Origin: Welwitschia mirabilis
Lineage: Eukaryota
Length of the DNA stretch: 64,000 nucleotides
Direction of reading: 5' to 3'
NCBI GenBank assembly: GCA_051453625.1
Contig: JBOZIK010000001.1
Location: 46,791,568-46,855,567 of the forward strand
Shown here one piece after another: positions 58,900 through 64,000 of the stretch. The notes beneath the pieces are model-generated. The model was not told the DNA's origin. It did not search any database and saw nothing but the letters and a program-made list of their open reading frames with translations. The position numbers and the translations under genes were made by a program. Position 1 is the first letter of the stretch. The number at the start of each line of letters is the position of its first letter.

Positions 58900-60300
58900 G
58901 TATAGTGGTAAGGTTTGACTTAGCTTTGTAAGCTTTGAGAAAAGTGAGTTGTAAGATCTCATTTCAATAAGAGAGAAGAGTTAGAAACAAAATAATAGAA
59001 TTGATTATGTTTTTAAATCATCAAAAAGAACTAAATTAACAATGTAATGATGCGAATGATGTGATGTAATGCAATGAAAAATGACTATGATGAATGAATG
59101 CAACCCTAATGTAATTTGATTAACCAAACTACCAATCTATTATCATCTAGATCGACCCTCAGAAATACTAACATATTCCTATGAATGTCACTTTAGTGTT
59201 GAATAAATTACATTATGAAAGATAAGGAATAGAAAAAGATAGAATTAGAAAAAATACATTTTATTATTCATTGAATTACAAAGCATGCTTACATTCTTTA
59301 ATAAGCAACAACATCCCCATGGAGGAATCTAAGCTCAACACTAAGGAAGATCCTTCTCAGAATCAACATAAAGCTTTGTTAATTAATGGTTAAATTATCA
59401 TAAGACTCCAACTTGATCCAAAGATTATAAGTGAAGTGTTTATGGGGTATTTAAAGTTTTAGATTAGTGGTTGAAGTCACTATGGGGTGTGATGTGGAAG
59501 GATACTTTTAAAACTAAATTTTGATAAGGTTTAATTACATTTTAAATAAATAATTAAATGTTGTCTAAGGTGTTATCTAAACGATGAGGTGGACAATAGT
59601 AGAAACTAATTTATAACACTCAACACTTGTCAATTTTGAATGTTCTTAATGTCATCCTAGATGTCATCCGGATGATGAGGTAGACAACAGTGGAAAGTTC
59701 TCCTTAATGCTTAACACTTATCAATTTGAAATGTTCTTGATGTTGTCTTGGGTATCATCTAGATGACCATAGGTGGATGATAGGTCTTACTATAAAAAAT
59801 CATGCTTTTCTGATGCTTCTATACTAACTGACATCTTGCTGGCATCATTCAGATGATGAGGGGAATAACACTTTAGTAACTTGCTATAGTAACTTTTTGC
59901 TATAGCAATTGCTAATGTAACATCGATTGCTTTAGTGTTGTCATCCTATAATGTCATCTAGATGNNNNNNNNNNGACCAGGTGGAAGATGCTACAATAAC
60001 ATGCTATAGTGCCTCTACTATAGTAACTTGGACTGCTGTGATACTTTGCAACAGTGATTTGCTATAGTAAATTTATTTGGATGAGCATCTAATTTGATTC
60101 AGATTATGTCTAATTTCATGCCTTTAATCCTTGACATCCAATGGTCAAATTGATCATAAAATCTATGAAATAAAACCTAAAACATACTCTAAACAATATG
60201 TCAAATTGGTCAATTTGGCCTCATAATGTAACCCTCCACCTAGACTTTGTCAATCCCTAATAAAGTAAGTGAATAATAATAAATGTAAGCCAAATTTTAA
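58900..60300 (-). mobile_element. Gypsy (Athila/Tat-like) LTR with adjacent PPT, decayed
   Basis: ATGAATGCAA-rich tract, repeated GATGATGAGGTGGAC motifs and a PPT junction AACCCTCCACCTAG...AAAGTAAGTG (60230-60272) shared with 63142-63184. Left boundary approximate. Confidence 0.45.
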
Positions 60301-62199
60301 TAGAAATAAAAATATTTTAAAATGATATCACATAAATGTCGACATCTCATAAGCCATTTGAATATTCATTGAATTCAGAAAAATAATTTTTTACTTTTTA
60401 TAGAAGCATTATTTTTCCATAAATTTATTCATGGACGACTCTAATTTTTCCATAAATTTATGGAAAAATAATTTTTTACTTTTTATAGAAGCATTATTTT
60501 TCCATTTCCCAAAGAAAATAAATTCATCTCAAATTTAGAGAACTTTGCATAAAAAGATAGCACTCCACTAAATGTAAGACCTAGGATGAAAAATGAAAAG
60601 GTTAATTACACAAGAGGGTTTAGGAAGAGGATAAAGAATTCAATGATAATACAATGAGGTAAAGGTTTCTTTAATTAAGAAGTGTAGGAATGCAAGTCAT
60701 TACAATGTTATAGTTCTCTTAAGTAATAGAAAAAGATAGATAAATAAATTTAAACCCTTTTTGACTTAAGGAATAAAAATTAACATTTTGCAATAGAATG
60801 TATTCTATTTGAAGTTGATTAATTACCAATGGCGTCTCATTTCCAAATAAGATACATGATTCAAAATCAGTGAAACATCATAGTTTTGTTTTAGTAATGG
60901 GGATGAACATGATAACATACTAATTGAAATTGACATATCATAGCCATAATCACCAATCATCAATAAAGAAAGATAGCTGCAAAGTAATAATATTATCAAT
61001 AATGTGATAACCATGATACACTTTGAGATGTACCTCCTTCTACCCTAGATTCCTCCCATTATGGAGTGCTCCTTTTGGAATCACTGACCTTGATTTTATT
61101 GTAAGTAGTAGAACCCATCAGATAAGACATAGGTCAATAGGCAACTTTGCCCCCAATGCTGTAATCCTGAGATAGATTAGACGTGATCATCAAAAGTGAT
61201 TCCATATTTTACATTCATTTTTGTATCATATTATAAATATTCTTTAATTTTATTTATTTAGTTTTCCTTGTTTTTTTCTTTTATAGAAAGTAACTTGTAC
61301 ATGCATTAAGGCATGAATAATTTATAGCATCATAGTAAAGTTGATGAAGAGATAAGCATATAACACGATCAATTCAATTAATCACATTTTCATCCATTGA
61401 AATAAGAGTTTATAGGTACTTGAATACCTCTCAATTGGTTAAAATCCAATTGATCATCCATTAATTACAAAATCATGAAATGTTTGAACATACTATATGA
61501 TGAATAATTAAGATAAAATCAAGTTATTTCATATGGAAGAAGAGGAAAAATCTAAATATAATTCATAAAAGATAAGTGGTGCACATAATTTTAAAAAAAA
61601 CAATTACTTCAATAAGAACTTATTCATTTGCTTTATGTTAATCCTTATTTCAAAAGTTAGTTTATTTCAACATAGTCATCAAAATTATTTCTTTTAAGTG
61701 AAATAAGGATCAAATCATTTTGAAACTAATTAACTAAATATGAGGGGTACAAAATCATTCTTAATAAGTAGCAATTTCTAATGTGAAATCATAATTTATA
61801 GAATCATAATAGTATAAATTTTAGAAGATAGACAAGAGATAAAAAATTGATATAATTCATTAAAAAGTACTCTCTTATTAAATTGGTACAAAAAGATGTA
61901 AGCATAATTGTCATTCAAAACATCATTGGTATTACTCAAGAAGCATATATGGATCTTAGAAATGTCATAGAATTTCTTAAGAGAATTGATTAATTTAGGT
62001 TTAACATGGCTAATAAGTTCTTTAAGACTTAACTCAAGGCATGGACTAATCTCAAGAAGATAAGGCTTTCTCAAAATTAGAATTCTAAGTAACCCTAAGT
62101 TATGTTTTTCTAATGTAAAATCATCACAAGATGTTGCAATGAACATTTAAGCTTCTAATTCCAATATTCTAAAGGTCAAATTTGATTTGCAACACTTGA

Positions 62200-63900
62200 A
62201 AAGCTAATAATCTAGTTGCACACAATACACATTTGCATAGTGGATCAATCCAAATGTCGTACACTTAGAGAAGACTTCTAAAAGAGAATTTGGAAAATTG
62301 ATTTAGAAAGAGAAGAATAATATATTTTTGGATTCTGCATTATAGGAATTAAAATTAGACAATCTGAAGATGAAAATGAAATGTAATGTAATGGAATGAA
62401 ATGAAATGCAATGAAGTGAAGAATGAATGCAATGAATTAACTAACTTTCCAATCTACTGTTACTAGATTGGTCCTTATAATCTATTTCAATTATGAATTC
62501 TTATTACTTAAATTGCAATTAAGATAAGCTATAAGGAAAAATAAAAAATCATTTGAAAAGAGTTTTAATTAAATCAATATTTTTATTAATAAAATTGAAG
62601 TACATCCACTTATAACAATAACTCCTCAATTCACTGTCTAATAACAAGGTAGTCATTCTTATAAGTAGGATGGATCTCCTTACCTCTAACAATCTCCAAT
62701 TATTACAAGAATGTAGATGACAAAAGATGATTTGGCATAGGATCTAAAAGGGTGTATTTATAGGTTGGANNNNNNNNNNCTTTCATAACAATTTAATTTA
62801 CTTTACAAATTGTTTACTATCATCCATTGTGTTGTCCCCACGATATAGAGGATGACCACTCCACCTATCAACTAATGCTCACGATTATCATTCCTATGTG
62901 TCATCCTATGTGTCATCCTCACGATTATCATTCCCATGACAGACAGGATGATAACTCTATCTTGATCATTATGATTTGGTCCATCATCATGAAAAGATAG
63001 CTTCTTGTGTTGGAAATTGTTGCATTTTATGACCTATATGGAAGCTTCGTATAATTCGCATAAATCCCTAGAAAACCTAACAATAGGACCTAAAAATATA
63101 CTTCACAAGTGTATTGAATAGGTTAATCTGGCTTTACAACATAGCCCCCACTTAGCATTTTTTAATTCCTAACAAAGTAAGTGGATAACAAGTTTGTGAG
63201 CCAACTGATGAAAAGAAACTCAAAACATGTATATCATCAGAAATAAGGGTACAACATGTAACATACACAAAATTGGTTACAAAAAAGTAAAATCAATGCA
63301 TATAGTTCAAAATCGTTGCATATATTTATGTCTAGTAAAAGTAAAAAAATTTGTCTCACAAATCATATAATATATATGTTCCTCCCTTACCGCCCCTCCA
63401 AAACTAAATGAGCAAGTCATCTTGAGTTGTGCAAACCATGAAGAGAAGATAAATTAAACTAAGATTTTATGATTGTAAGAATAAGTGGTAGGAGAGGTTA
63501 TAAAAAAGGAAGATTTTAAAGGAAAGGAGAGCATCAATGCTATCATGCTAAAGGATGCTCAAGGTAGAGGTTAACTTGACTTTATGCATAATAATTAAGT
63601 GATGAAAAATGTAACAAGTAGACTAGAAAATGACAAAATCCTAGGCATTATTTTGGAAAAGGTGAGAACAATGACCTTGGGAAGACAAACCAATAAACAA
63701 AGATAAGACAAAAAGAAAAATGGATAAGATAGGACATGAAGAAGATTAACTGTTTGCCCAAAATTCAAACTTAGTGAAACTTCTTGGTAAAGGTTATAAA
63801 TCTACTTAACATAGAAATGCATAATTCAATGTAGAACATCAAAGAGTACCATTCAAAAGGGTAGTGATAATGGTAATAACTAACGGTTATTTTTGTTAAA
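62200..63900 (-). mobile_element. Related gypsy LTR (to 63141) plus 3' internal region, decayed
   Basis: On the minus strand the PPT-like GCTAAGTGGGGGCTA abuts TGTTGTAAAG. Shares blocks with 59000-60270. Confidence 0.45.
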
Positions 63901-63932
63901 GTATCAAGTTATGTTTGGTTATAATTCAATTC

Positions 63933-64000
63933 TATGGAAATCTAGAACCCTAGAAGAGGGGGTGAATAGGTTATTTAAAAATAAATTAAAGTAAACTTAT
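63933..64000 (-). mobile_element. End of another Sirevirus LTR running off the window
   Basis: AGAGGGGGTGAATAGGTT is the reverse of the C-rich terminal motif, similar to 2700-2735. Confidence 0.6.

Noticed and set aside
58890..58960. tRNA gene (TGGTATAGTGG A-box-like)
   Set aside because: No B box or cloverleaf could be built.

Overview
AT-rich, TE-dense nuclear region of a land plant with scaffold gaps. It holds one intact host gene: 60S ribosomal protein L6 (RPL6/eL6), 4 exons, 33860-38418 (+), 233 aa, with telo-box promoter motifs and a 3.5 kb second intron. The rest is mostly decayed, partly nested retroelements: two full-length L1 LINEs with target-site duplications (19281-25115 and 27465-33357, both minus), an older plus-strand non-LTR element with RTEX-like signatures split by the first L1, a complete Sirevirus (Ty1/copia SIRE) with two LTRs, PBS, PPT, 5-bp TSD and an env-like ORF (42815-53248, minus), further Sirevirus, copia, Athila-like gypsy and LINE fragments, a hAT-like terminus and SINE-like relics. 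I found no demonstrably new biological system. The best leads are the RTEX-like element, a triplicated repeat plus box C/D-like motifs in RPL6 intron 2, and a CpG-preserved L1 5' end lying head-to-head with the RPL6 promoter. All alignments and translations were done by eye, so boundaries of degenerate relics are approximate.
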